Positions 46,778-55,742 of a DNA stretch of 64,000 nt are shown here, one piece after another. The stretch is from NCBI GenBank assembly GCA_963669175.1, contig OY769902.1, positions 4,544,001 to 4,608,000 of the forward strand, given 5' to 3'. The notes under the pieces were generated by a model. It had not been told where the DNA came from, made no database searches, and saw only the letters and a program-made list of their open reading frames with translations. The DNA comes from a bacterium. Its GTDB lineage: Bacteria > Electryoneota > Electryoneia > Electryoneales > Electryoneaceae. Made by a program: the position numbers and the translations under genes. Positions within the stretch are counted from its first letter, which is position 1, and each line of letters opens with the position of its first letter.

Positions 46778-47439
46778 AAAATATCCCCTTACTATATTGC
46801 CAATAGGGAATCAAGCATCTCTCAAGTCAAGGCACAACCAACACAGATCGATGATCCTATAAATAGGATCAATAATCTTCAGGAATGGTTCAATGAATGA
46901 CAACAAAGGGATAATAGGGCCGGTCCCCATATTTTGGGCAGGTATTCGCCAATTTTAAGTGATGGTTCCGGGTTTGTTCATGCTGCTTCTGTTCGTTGTT
47001 TCTATCAGCTAGCTTGACATGCGTTTGGCCTTTCAGTGCCTGAAACGGAATTCTGCAGCAACTTTTATATCGTACGGTTGTGACTTTATCGCCATGGTCC
47101 TTGGATCAAAGTATAATTGTTCGCTTCTACTAAACTAATTCACGCAGACCAGAGTTGCAACTACAGATTGCACAGGTAACTTGTAGTCATTACTTAATTT
47201 GCTTGTAATCGATTCGACTACAAGCTGATTGCAAGCAATTGATTACGTTGGACGAGAAGAGTGATTTTTGCTTGTATGCTGAAGAAGCACTGGCTGGATT
47301 AAAACGTAATCGAAGCGAGAATCTTTCCTGCAAGTGACTTGTTGCAGAAGTAACAATTTGTTATGACATATCTTAGAGTGTACTGACTCCAGGAGTCAGG
47401 CTTGATCTATCAAGCTACATTGGACAGGAAGCTGACTTC

Positions 47440-47850
47440 CTACTGATTTAGGTTCTGCCAACGTGTTCGTTGATTGGTCCAGCTTAGCTCTCTGGTGATT
47501 GGTTGCATATGGCGAATAGTGATGTTGTCGTTTCCAGAATTAGTAGAAGGGAGGAAGAGTAGCGCTTCCTGGATATCGGGTGCCAGGTTCAGCAGATTCA
47601 TGATCTGTGTGATACGTGCGCGCGACACATGCAAGAGCATAGCTATTTCAGCGTAATCCTTGATCTCACCCCGGTTGAGGATATCATCCATCTTCCGAGC
47701 TAAAGCCATCAATTTTGAAACTCGAGGTGTTCGGCCTGCAGGCAACTTTGCGGGTATGGTTGCCTTTCCGACCACCAATTTCTGACGACCCCTTTTACCT
47801 GATTTGAAATGAATACTGAACTCTACTGTTTTCCCTGTGGAATAAGCCAT
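47440..47850 (-). CDS. Recombinase-associated HTH hypothetical protein
   Basis: YAEIAMLLHVSRARITQIMNLLNLAPDIQEALL, typical of the gene following this type of serine recombinase. Confidence 0.72.
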   Translation of the reverse strand: MAYSTGKTVEFSIHFKSGKRGRQKLVVGKATIPAKLPAGRTPRVSKLMALARKMDDILNRGEIKDYAEIAMLLHVSRARITQIMNLLNLAPDIQEALLFLPSTNSGNDNITIRHMQPITRELSWTNQRTRWQNLNQ

Positions 47851-47867
47851 GCTATTCTCCTTTTACT

Positions 47868-49358
47868 TCAAGCAACTTCTGTCTGGATCAGGTTTTCATC
47901 ATGAACATGAAACCTGATTTTGCCATCTCTACCGTCGAAGTCAATCCGTTCGAATACAAGCTGAAGCAACCATGACTTTTCGCTGATTGTCAGGTGGTTC
48001 AGTAATGCTTCAAACTGTCCGAGTGCATTGTCGCATTCCTTTTCGGTAATGCTGGAAGACTCAGCGGTCTCGATCTTTTCACGAAGCGAACGCAGTTGTG
48101 CTTGAAGGGACATTCGTTTCCGGTGATCGGATGGTTCATCTCCCTGACTCAGTGTCTCGATATTGAGCTGAAGTACCCTTTCATCCCGATGCATTCCCTT
48201 GATCTGATCTTGCCAGAGGGCTTGAGCCTGATGGAGTACTTCATCGAGGACGCGTTCATTTGAACCCAATTCTACAAGGCGCTCCAGGACAAATCGTTCG
48301 ATTTCCTCTGCAGGAATGGATGGGGCAGGACACTTGTCATAACCATTGTTATGGGCATTCGTGCAGACGTAGTATCGGTAGAGTTTCTTACCCTTCTTGG
48401 TGACAGGGATGTGAATCATGGGAGCGTCACAGGCAACACAATGAAGCATACCTCGAAGAAGCGATTTGTACCGGTTCCTTGGTTGATCAGGCATCCGGCA
48501 TCCCTTCTTCAATTGCACCTGTACCTCATTCCAAGTATCCAGATCGATGATGGCGTCATGTTCACCTTCGTGAATCTCATCCTTATATCGGATCTTGCCT
48601 ATGTACATGATGTTCTTAAGAAAGCTGGATAAACGCGGTTTGTTGTACGGAATCCCTTTGCGCAGATGACCCTTGCGAGTCACCCAGGATTTTGAGGTCC
48701 AACCGCGATCACCAAGTTCTCGCACAACCTCACTCAGTGATTGAAGCTCGAGATAAAGATTGAAGATCTGGCGAACCTGATCAGCTTCAACTGGATTGAT
48801 TACAAGCTTGCCAGAACTTGGACTGACATCGTATCCCAGGAATGGCGTTCCACCAGTCCATTTTCCTTTTCTGCGGGATGCCGCAATCTTGTCGCGGGTT
48901 CGCTCGGAAATTATCTCGCGCTCAAATTGCGCAAAACTTAGGAGAATATTCAGAGTCAATCGACCCATTGAATCGCTGGTTGAAAACTGTTGTGTGACAG
49001 AAACGAAAGAAGCATTGTACTGATCGAGGATTTCTATGATCTTGGCGAAGTCCATCAGGGACCGACTCAAACGATCCAGCTTGTAGACGATGATGCAGTT
49101 TACCTTGCCAGCTTTGACATCATTCAACAGTTGCTGCAGGGCTGGACGTTCCATATTCCCGCCAGTGAAACCACCGTCATCGTACCGGTCCGGAAGGCAG
49201 ACCCAGCCTTCATTCTTCTGACTTAGGATGTAGGCTTCACCAGATTCTCGTTGAGCGTCGAGAGTATTGAAATCCTTGTCCAATCCCTCATCGGTAGACT
49301 TCCGTGTGTAGATCGCACACCGTACTACAGGCTTTTCTTCAGCTTTCTTGTTTGCCAT
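47868..49358 (-). CDS. Large serine recombinase (resolvase + recombinase + Zn ribbon)
   Basis: CAIYTRKST, YDDGGFTGGNMERPAL, VYKLDRLSRS, FAQFEREIISERTRD, CVAC...YYVC; start MANKK. Confidence 0.93.
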   Translation of the reverse strand: MANKKAEEKPVVRCAIYTRKSTDEGLDKDFNTLDAQRESGEAYILSQKNEGWVCLPDRYDDGGFTGGNMERPALQQLLNDVKAGKVNCIIVYKLDRLSRSLMDFAKIIEILDQYNASFVSVTQQFSTSDSMGRLTLNILLSFAQFEREIISERTRDKIAASRRKGKWTGGTPFLGYDVSPSSGKLVINPVEADQVRQIFNLYLELQSLSEVVRELGDRGWTSKSWVTRKGHLRKGIPYNKPRLSSFLKNIMYIGKIRYKDEIHEGEHDAIIDLDTWNEVQVQLKKGCRMPDQPRNRYKSLLRGMLHCVACDAPMIHIPVTKKGKKLYRYYVCTNAHNNGYDKCPAPSIPAEEIERFVLERLVELGSNERVLDEVLHQAQALWQDQIKGMHRDERVLQLNIETLSQGDEPSDHRKRMSLQAQLRSLREKIETAESSSITEKECDNALGQFEALLNHLTISEKSWLLQLVFERIDFDGRDGKIRFHVHDENLIQTEVA

Positions 49359-49854
49359 TCTTTTCCTTTGAAGGTTTAGTGATTCCGAAGAAGGCCCGGC
49401 CATTCCACAAAGCCCCGGTTACCTCCTTCGCAATGCCTGAAAGAGATCCATAGACCTTACCGTTGAAGAGAAAACCTTCTTTTGTAACAGTGACCAGTAA
49501 GGTCTGGTTTTTGTAAATCCGTTTCAGGGTTGTTCCTGGAAGCAGATCAGCAGTTCTGGATTTGCTTTGGAATGAAACCGGATCGGATTGAATTGTGTCA
49601 GGATGCAGGCGTTTCCTTTGTGGTGCCCGAATCCTGATATCGGAATCGTTGGCCAGTTCTTTGGCACGATTCTTTGCCCGTTCACTCAGGCCTCCTTCGT
49701 CCAGGGATTGCAGCCGCCAGGCTATCTTCTTGCGAAGGTAATCTTTGTTGTACGACCTGGTCGGTTCACCAAACAAATCAACATACTTCTGCTTCAGTTC
49801 CCCGACCGTCAACGTGTGGAGGTTCTGTACTTCTTCGATGGTTTCTGTTGTCAT
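49339..49854 (-). CDS. DUF2924 domain protein
   Basis: YLRKKIAWRLQ...GGLS, PGTTLKRIYK, YGSLSGIAKEVTG..WNGRAFFG. Confidence 0.88.
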   Translation of the reverse strand: MTTETIEEVQNLHTLTVGELKQKYVDLFGEPTRSYNKDYLRKKIAWRLQSLDEGGLSERAKNRAKELANDSDIRIRAPQRKRLHPDTIQSDPVSFQSKSRTADLLPGTTLKRIYKNQTLLVTVTKEGFLFNGKVYGSLSGIAKEVTGALWNGRAFFGITKPSKEKNGKQES

Positions 49855-49913
49855 CCTCTAACTCCTCTAACTGTTAAACCAAACGTGACATAATGACCGT
49901 AATACATTGGCCA

Positions 49914-50090
49914 TTATCCACTTACCCGTTGGTTAACAGGCTTTAGAGGCTTCTGGAGGATAGAATCCGATTCATTTAACCCGTTAGTTAACAGCAGACC
50001 GTTGTCTTTCATTCTTAGGATACCCCTTGCAAGGATATGGGCAATATCCTGCAAACGCTTATCTCGATTGACCTTGTGACCCTTACGCAT
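49914..50090 (-). CDS. Small 58-aa protein upstream of DUF2924, below ORF-track cutoff
   Basis: GGAGGT RBS; MRKGHKVNRDKRLQDIAHILARGILRMKDNG... Confidence 0.55.
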   Translation of the reverse strand: MRKGHKVNRDKRLQDIAHILARGILRMKDNGLLLTNGLNESDSILQKPLKPVNQRVSG

Positions 50091-50398
50091 TCTTAATCAC
50101 CTCCATGGCAAATTCTAGATTGTCTTCCTCTATTATTGTTCTATGCCATGCAGGTTAGAAGTGTCGTTTTTGAGGACCCCGGTCCCGATTTGAGGTGTTA
50201 ACTAAGCGAGGGGGAAATTCTTAGAGGAATTAGAGTCTGGTTGTATATCTGACATCGTGGTTTTCAGAAACACTCAAATAAAACCTCTAAAACGAGGAGA
50301 AGATAGTGCTGAGGGGAAAATGCGGGTGTTTATATCTTTATTAATAACAGAGTTGTACGCCAGTTTCAGGCGGGTCAAAAACGCAGGAGCGTTAACTA

Positions 50399-50426
50399 AA
50401 AAGGCCACGTTTTCACGTGGCCTTTT
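50399..50426 (-). terminator. Terminator after tRNA-Asn
   Basis: AAAAGGCCACGT-TTTC-ACGTGGCCTTTT perfect hairpin. Confidence 0.75.
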
Positions 50427-50430
50427 GGTG

Positions 50431-50502
50431 CTCCTCGGGAGGGACTTGAACCCCCAACCTAGTGGTTAACAGCCACCCGCTCTACCATTGAGCTACCGAG
50501 GA
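50431..50502 (-). tRNA. tRNA-Asn (GTT)
   Basis: TCCTCGGTAGCTCAATGGTAGAGCGGGTGGCTGTTAACCACTAGGTTGGGGGTTCAAGTCCCTCCCGAGGAG folds as a cloverleaf. Confidence 0.95.
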
Positions 50503-50608
50503 AAAATCTCGTTGGTCATGAAGCGTCAACGAGGTATGTCAAAATAACCAGGGAACTGCGTTACATCCAGATGCACGTCTCGCGTGGGAGACGGCTTCGC
50601 AATCGGGA

Positions 50609-50845
50609 TCAGACCTTGACGCCCTGCTTACGGAGGTCCTTCAGGACAACCCCGATACCCTTTTTGTCGATGGTACGCATGGCCTTGGCGGTCACACGCA
50701 GCGTAACCCACTTGCCTTCTTCCGGTACGAAGAAACGCTTCTTCTGCAGGTTCGGCAGCCAACGACGCTTGGTCAAGTTATGAGCGTGGCTGATATGATG
50801 ACCGGTGACCGGCCCTTTTCCCGTTACTACACACTTACGGGCCAT
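50609..50845 (-). CDS. rpmB: 50S ribosomal protein L28
   Basis: [34 protein letters not shown]. Confidence 0.97.
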   Translation of the reverse strand: MARKCVVTGKGPVTGHHISHAHNLTKRRWLPNLQKKRFFVPEEGKWVTLRVTAKAMRTIDKKGIGVVLKDLRKQGVKV

Positions 50846-51837
50846 GATATGCTCCACTTCCTCAAGAATTTCCAACTGTTACGTAAACCCGAAGGTACAG
50901 CAAAATGTGATCTGAATGCCAGTCCCCAGGCTCTCCCTGCTCCCGCAGAGTACCGCCGCGTTCCACATGCAGCGGACAGCAAAGATACTACCGAAACCCT
51001 TCTAAAAACAGAGCATCGAAGACACACAAAGCCTCCCAGAGGCGAAAACGAAATAAGCCTGCGAGATGGCGCGTTACCCCTTTATTCACAGATATATACT
51101 CCATCAGAATACCGTTGATTTGTTTTTATCCTGACTGCTCTGAAACCCGACAACACGCAGTCGGGCCAGGCACACCCGCATATGATATGAAATTGAAGTA
51201 TCCCCGGCTGCATGGGGTGGCCCGAATCGCAAGTAACATTGTCCAGAACAAAAACAGGCGCATTAATACTATGATACAGCTTTCGCAAAGTGATATTTCA
51301 TAAGCGCTTCGGGATAACACAGGCTGCATGCGTTCCCCTGTATTCACGCCAGTAAGAAGTCGCAGAACACGCAGTATCCTCGAGATCCCGTTCATGCCGG
51401 GGATGACATGGCGGGCGAGAATCCCGACAGCAAGCAGTCGGGCCAGACACATTTGCGCTTAAATTCACGATAACTTTTTCGCTTCAATCCACGAGATATA
51501 CCGGTTCGCTTCGCCCCACGAGACCCCCGTTTGATCCCCGACAACACCATTCGGGGGCAGGTTCTTCATGAGGATGAAGGTGTAGCCTATTCTGATACAG
51601 TCTGCTGCGCTGGGGATGATAGAATGGGACATTATTTTCGACGCCACAGTGCCTTGGATGCGGTCCAGCCTGAATGACCTCCGGCTGGAATACCATCCTT
51701 CAAGAAACGGAAGTTGGCGTGGTATAAAACAGAAGAGGCCCTGAAACCCGAAAGGCCGGAACGGGAGAGGCCCGGCTGCATTCGCAACCGGGCCCGGGAG
51801 GGTGACCATGCCACTGGTCGTCTATCTAAATCAGGTA

Positions 51838-52023
51838 CTACGTACGTTCGTCCGGTGTTGACTTGCTACCCCGGTTACCGAACTCTGCAACACAATATTG
51901 TATTGCCTTGCCCGGTTCCAGGTACATCGTCTTCATCACGACACAATCCAGGTACGGATCAATCCGGTCTTCCGGAACACCGTTCTTCTTCGCGGCTTCG
52001 AGCATCTCACCTACGGTTATCAT
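51838..52023 (-). CDS. Small hypothetical protein
   Basis: 61 aa with AAAGGGG RBS. Confidence 0.45.
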   Translation of the reverse strand: MITVGEMLEAAKKNGVPEDRIDPYLDCVVMKTMYLEPGKAIQYCVAEFGNRGSKSTPDERT

Positions 52024-52234
52024 GTCAGCCCCTTTCGTGAACGGTTATCTTTATCTGTCTGGTCTCATATTAGGGTTTCCGAACAATAAAGTCAAGACTT
52101 CCTAACTCCATTCATGCTCCACGAGGAGATCGGGTCATGTACTTCAAGTCGGAGCCTGCGAGAAAGGCTGGGAATAGCAATAAAAACGGGACTGACCTCA
52201 GGGTCAATCCCAGTCTTGTAGATTATCGAAAGGG

Positions 52235-52317
52235 TGCTGGTGGTGAGACTCGAACTCACACGCCCTAGTGGGCAACGGCCCCTAAAACCGCCGCGTCTGC
52301 CATTCCGCCACACCAGC
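52235..52317 (-). tRNA. tRNA-Leu (TAG)
   Basis: GCTGGTGTGGCGGAATGGCAGACGCG...TTTAGGG...long variable arm...GTTCGAGTCTCACCACCAGCA. Confidence 0.92.
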
Positions 52318-52447
52318 ATAAGCATCGTGTGCATTTGCAGGGACCATGATCCATCCCCGAAAAGCTCGCGTAAAGTATGAAGTCGCCTGCATGGGTTCAA
52401 GCGTTCAAGCGATACCTGTCTCCATTACGGAAAAGCGAAATTCCGTG

Positions 52448-53836
52448 TTATTTCTTCTTATCCAATCCGTATTGGTGCAACAGGCGGTGAAAGCTTTGTC
52501 TACCTATCCCGGCCAATTTCGCCGCACGAGTTATATTCCCATCCGCTTCGGCCAGTTTTGTTTGCAGGTATCGTTTATCGAAATCTTCCAGCAACTTCGC
52601 TCGGGCATCTTTCATGGACAGTTGGAACAGGCGGTCCTGTTTACGTCTCTCGCCCTTGTTTTTATCAATAGCAATATCCTGGGGCAGGAGTTTATTGCTT
52701 TGCCTGATCACCATCGCTCGTGCCAGGGCGTTTTCCAGTTCGCGCACATTGCCCGGCCAGTCGTAGTCCATCAGGTACGCCATGGTTTCCGGCGAAAGCG
52801 CCACGATAGGATGATTAAAACGATGCGCGATTTTTTCGACAAAATGAGTCGCCAGGTCGGGAATGTCTTCTTTACGTTCCCGTAGTGGTGGAAGATCAAG
52901 CCGAACAACATTCAGCCGGAAGAACAGATCCTCACGGAACTTGCCCTGTTCTACCCTTTCTTCCAGGTCTTTATTTGTTGCAGCGACAAAGCGTGCCCGA
53001 ACCGGGATGATCTCATGACCACCAAGGCGAACACATTCACGTTCCTGCAAGACACGCAACAGTTTCTTCTGCAAATCCAGGGAAAGGTCACCAATTTCAT
53101 CAAGGAATATGGTCCCTTCCCCAGCCAGTTCAAACTTACCCGCTTTAGGACGCGAAGCTCCGGTAAAGGCGCCTTTTTCATAACCGAATAGTTCACTTTC
53201 CAGCAAGCTGTCCGGAAGCGCGGTCATATTCAGGCCAACGAAGGGTTGATCAGCGTGTTCGCCCCATTTGTGTATCTGCTGGGCGACCAGTTCTTTTCCT
53301 GTACCGCTCTCCCCTGTTATCAAAACTGTATTCTGGTTGGTTGTTCCTGCAATCGCCCCGATGGTTTTAAATATCTCCACCATGACAGCGCTGGCCCCAA
53401 CCAGTTCATGCCTGTCCGATGGACCGGGAAGATACTTGCGCAGTTCTTCCAGCTCAGACTTCATGGACTGTTCCTGCAGGCACCGCTTGACAAGGGTGAG
53501 GACTTTTTCGTTATCGGTAGGTTTGGTCAGGTATTCATAGGCGCCGTCGCGCACCGCACGAATGGCGATTTCCATGGAACCATACCCGGTAATAACGATA
53601 ACGGGAATGTTATAATTTTCTTTTTTTAATCGTGACAGTACTTCCAGGCCACCCATTACGGGCATGTCAATATCCAGCAGCATCAGGACCGGGTGTTGCT
53701 CTGAAATTGTCTTCAGAGCCTCTTTCCCGTTTCCAGCTTCAATCACGTTGTAGCCGTCGCTCAGCAACAAGTCACGGTACAGCCCGCGGATGTCCGCATC
53801 ATCATCGACAATCAGGATTTTCTGCGTTCTGTTCAT
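52448..53836 (-). CDS. Sigma-54-dependent response regulator (NtrC/AtoC family)
   Basis: Receiver ILIVDDD...LLDIDMP; [39 protein letters not shown]; Fis-type HTH. Confidence 0.93.
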   Translation of the reverse strand: MNRTQKILIVDDDADIRGLYRDLLLSDGYNVIEAGNGKEALKTISEQHPVLMLLDIDMPVMGGLEVLSRLKKENYNIPVIVITGYGSMEIAIRAVRDGAYEYLTKPTDNEKVLTLVKRCLQEQSMKSELEELRKYLPGPSDRHELVGASAVMVEIFKTIGAIAGTTNQNTVLITGESGTGKELVAQQIHKWGEHADQPFVGLNMTALPDSLLESELFGYEKGAFTGASRPKAGKFELAGEGTIFLDEIGDLSLDLQKKLLRVLQERECVRLGGHEIIPVRARFVAATNKDLEERVEQGKFREDLFFRLNVVRLDLPPLRERKEDIPDLATHFVEKIAHRFNHPIVALSPETMAYLMDYDWPGNVRELENALARAMVIRQSNKLLPQDIAIDKNKGERRKQDRLFQLSMKDARAKLLEDFDKRYLQTKLAEADGNITRAAKLAGIGRQSFHRLLHQYGLDKKK

Positions 53837-53998
53837 CACCCCTCCCACTGGCGGTTTGCCTTCCACCAATATCAAAATACGCTTTCCCTCGAGAAGAAAC
53901 CAGTAATCCCCGGAAGGAAAAATGGGGGATTGGCAACACTGGCTATGCGCTTCCCGGCGTGCGTATCATTATCATAATACAGCAATCAGGAGGTAACC

Positions 53999-54736
53999 AT
54001 GCGTATTCTTATCGTTGAAGATTCGCTGACGATGCGAAACATCCTCACGAAAATGCTGAATCAGATGGCAATGGAAGACCTTTGCTATGCAACGAATGGA
54101 ATGGAAGCGCTGAACATGCTTGATGATGTTGAGCTGATTCTTACCGACATAAACATGCCCATCATGGATGGGATTACTCTGCTTCAGCATCTACGGAAAG
54201 ATGTTGAGCATTGCCATATTCCAACCATCGTGATAACATCGACCGGTGAAGAAAAAAAGGTTATCCAGGCGCTTTCTGAAGGTGCAGTTGACTACATCAC
54301 CAAACCGCTTACTTTCAATGTCCTTGCAAAGAAACTCCGCAAACAACTCAATATTGATCCCATTGAAGATGCAGCATATGCACCTCCCATACAGGACGAT
54401 GCAGTCGTTCCTGAAGATGAGAAAATTTCTGAGAACCTTGAAGAAGAACTGGGCGAAATCAACAAGCATGTAATCCAGCAGGCAAAGGATATGTTCCTGG
54501 CGCGTCATGGCCGTCTATTCTGTGAAGTCTGCGGTTTTGATTTCGAGGCCGCCTATGGCGAGATTGGACGCAATTACATCGAGTTCCATTTCGATCGTCC
54601 GGCCAGTGAGCTGCAAAAGGGAACCCAGGTAACCTCGAAGGATATCCGATTAGTTTGTGCAAATTGCCACCAGGTTTTACATATGAAACACCCCTACATG
54701 TCAGTCAGCCAACTGGAGAAAATCATCCGACTATAG
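53999..54736 (+). CDS. CheY-like receiver fused to McrA-like HNH/Zn-binding domain
   Basis: ILIVEDS, LTDINMP, ITS, DYITKP; C-terminal CEVCGFDF...YG..G..YIEFHF..P...LVCANCHQVLH. Confidence 0.85.
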   Translation: MRILIVEDSLTMRNILTKMLNQMAMEDLCYATNGMEALNMLDDVELILTDINMPIMDGITLLQHLRKDVEHCHIPTIVITSTGEEKKVIQALSEGAVDYITKPLTFNVLAKKLRKQLNIDPIEDAAYAPPIQDDAVVPEDEKISENLEEELGEINKHVIQQAKDMFLARHGRLFCEVCGFDFEAAYGEIGRNYIEFHFDRPASELQKGTQVTSKDIRLVCANCHQVLHMKHPYMSVSQLEKIIRL

Positions 54737-55489
54737 GAAACCGTTTACCTTGCCAATCAACATGTGAATGGACCAGGATATTTTCACCTCCACTCCAGGC
54801 TCAATCCCTTCCTTTTCGAACCTGTCAAGCAGGATAACCATTGGATCTGTGCCATGTTTCCTGATGTAGTTTCCTACAGCCGACCAGGTCGCCAGGTATC
54901 CGAGAAATTGTTCGGCAGGCCAGACCACATCAATACTGAAAGCTGGCGCAGGAACTCGTTCAAATGGGAAGGGGATTGTTGAGTATCTATTATCAATATG
55001 CTCACGTTCCGGCGGCCAGTAGTCACCCAGAAGATCATAATAAAAGAACTGAACCAGTTGATCGACCGGTCCTTCAACCCGGCACAAATCATAGCACAAA
55101 GCAACCAGAATCCCATTCTCCTTTACAACTCTTTCTACCTCTTCGAAAAACTTGTCGAAGCTAAACCAATGCAAAGCCTGAGCAACAATCACCATATCCA
55201 CCGAATGATCTGCCAACCCGGATTGTTCTGCGCTGGCAACGCGGTATTCTACATTTGCCAGCGGGACAGCATTTTCGATTTGAGAATCGCTGGGGTCTGT
55301 TGCGATAACGGTGTCAAAGATTCCGGCAAGGCCTTTCGTAGCCTGCCCTGTACCACACCCGCAATCCCATACTTTTTCTGCTGTGGGATGTAATGAGTGG
55401 AGAAACTCAAAAAGGCTTTGCGGGTAGGTTGGTCTGAAAGCCCTGTACTGGTTTGAATCTCTGGAAAAATAGTCTTTGAAGTCTGGCAC
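54731..55489 (-). CDS. Class I SAM-dependent methyltransferase
   Basis: YRAFRPTYP, VWDCGCGTGQAT, ATDPS, VAQALHWF, YLATWSA. Confidence 0.9.
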   Translation of the reverse strand: MPDFKDYFSRDSNQYRAFRPTYPQSLFEFLHSLHPTAEKVWDCGCGTGQATKGLAGIFDTVIATDPSDSQIENAVPLANVEYRVASAEQSGLADHSVDMVIVAQALHWFSFDKFFEEVERVVKENGILVALCYDLCRVEGPVDQLVQFFYYDLLGDYWPPEREHIDNRYSTIPFPFERVPAPAFSIDVVWPAEQFLGYLATWSAVGNYIRKHGTDPMVILLDRFEKEGIEPGVEVKISWSIHMLIGKVNGFL

Positions 55490-55742
55490 GTTTGCTCCCC
55501 TGAATTCCTGGATTTGCCGTAATAAAATTCAACGACCGTAACTATCTCCTGATCTCACAACGCAGTGGGTGAGAAAGTTCGCAACTTTTCTTCTGTAAAA
55601 ACAGGATAAAACACAAAATCAATTGTGTTTCCCCTTTTCTCCGTATTAGTTTATATTCGCTGGTCGGTCAAGGATTCCCTTTCAGAAACTGTATCATTGA
55701 TCCTTTTGGACAATTGTACAAATCACCTGTTGGAGTGAACTG

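Larger units (their letters stand above)
16564..50400. mobile_element. Phage-related integrated element (defective prophage or satellite/ICE-like); left border uncertain
   Basis: Integration module beside tRNA-Asn, phage-type recombination/replication operon, terminase/portal/MuF, defence and cargo genes. No att duplication found by eye. Confidence 0.75.

Noticed and set aside
51640-51810. GC-rich hairpins between rpmB and tRNA-Leu as a possible ncRNA or ribozyme
   Set aside because: No SRP, 6S, tmRNA or hammerhead consensus could be matched by eye.
53880-53990. Possible sigma-54 promoter (TGGCA...) between the two response regulators
   Set aside because: GG and GC are not at the required -24/-12 spacing.
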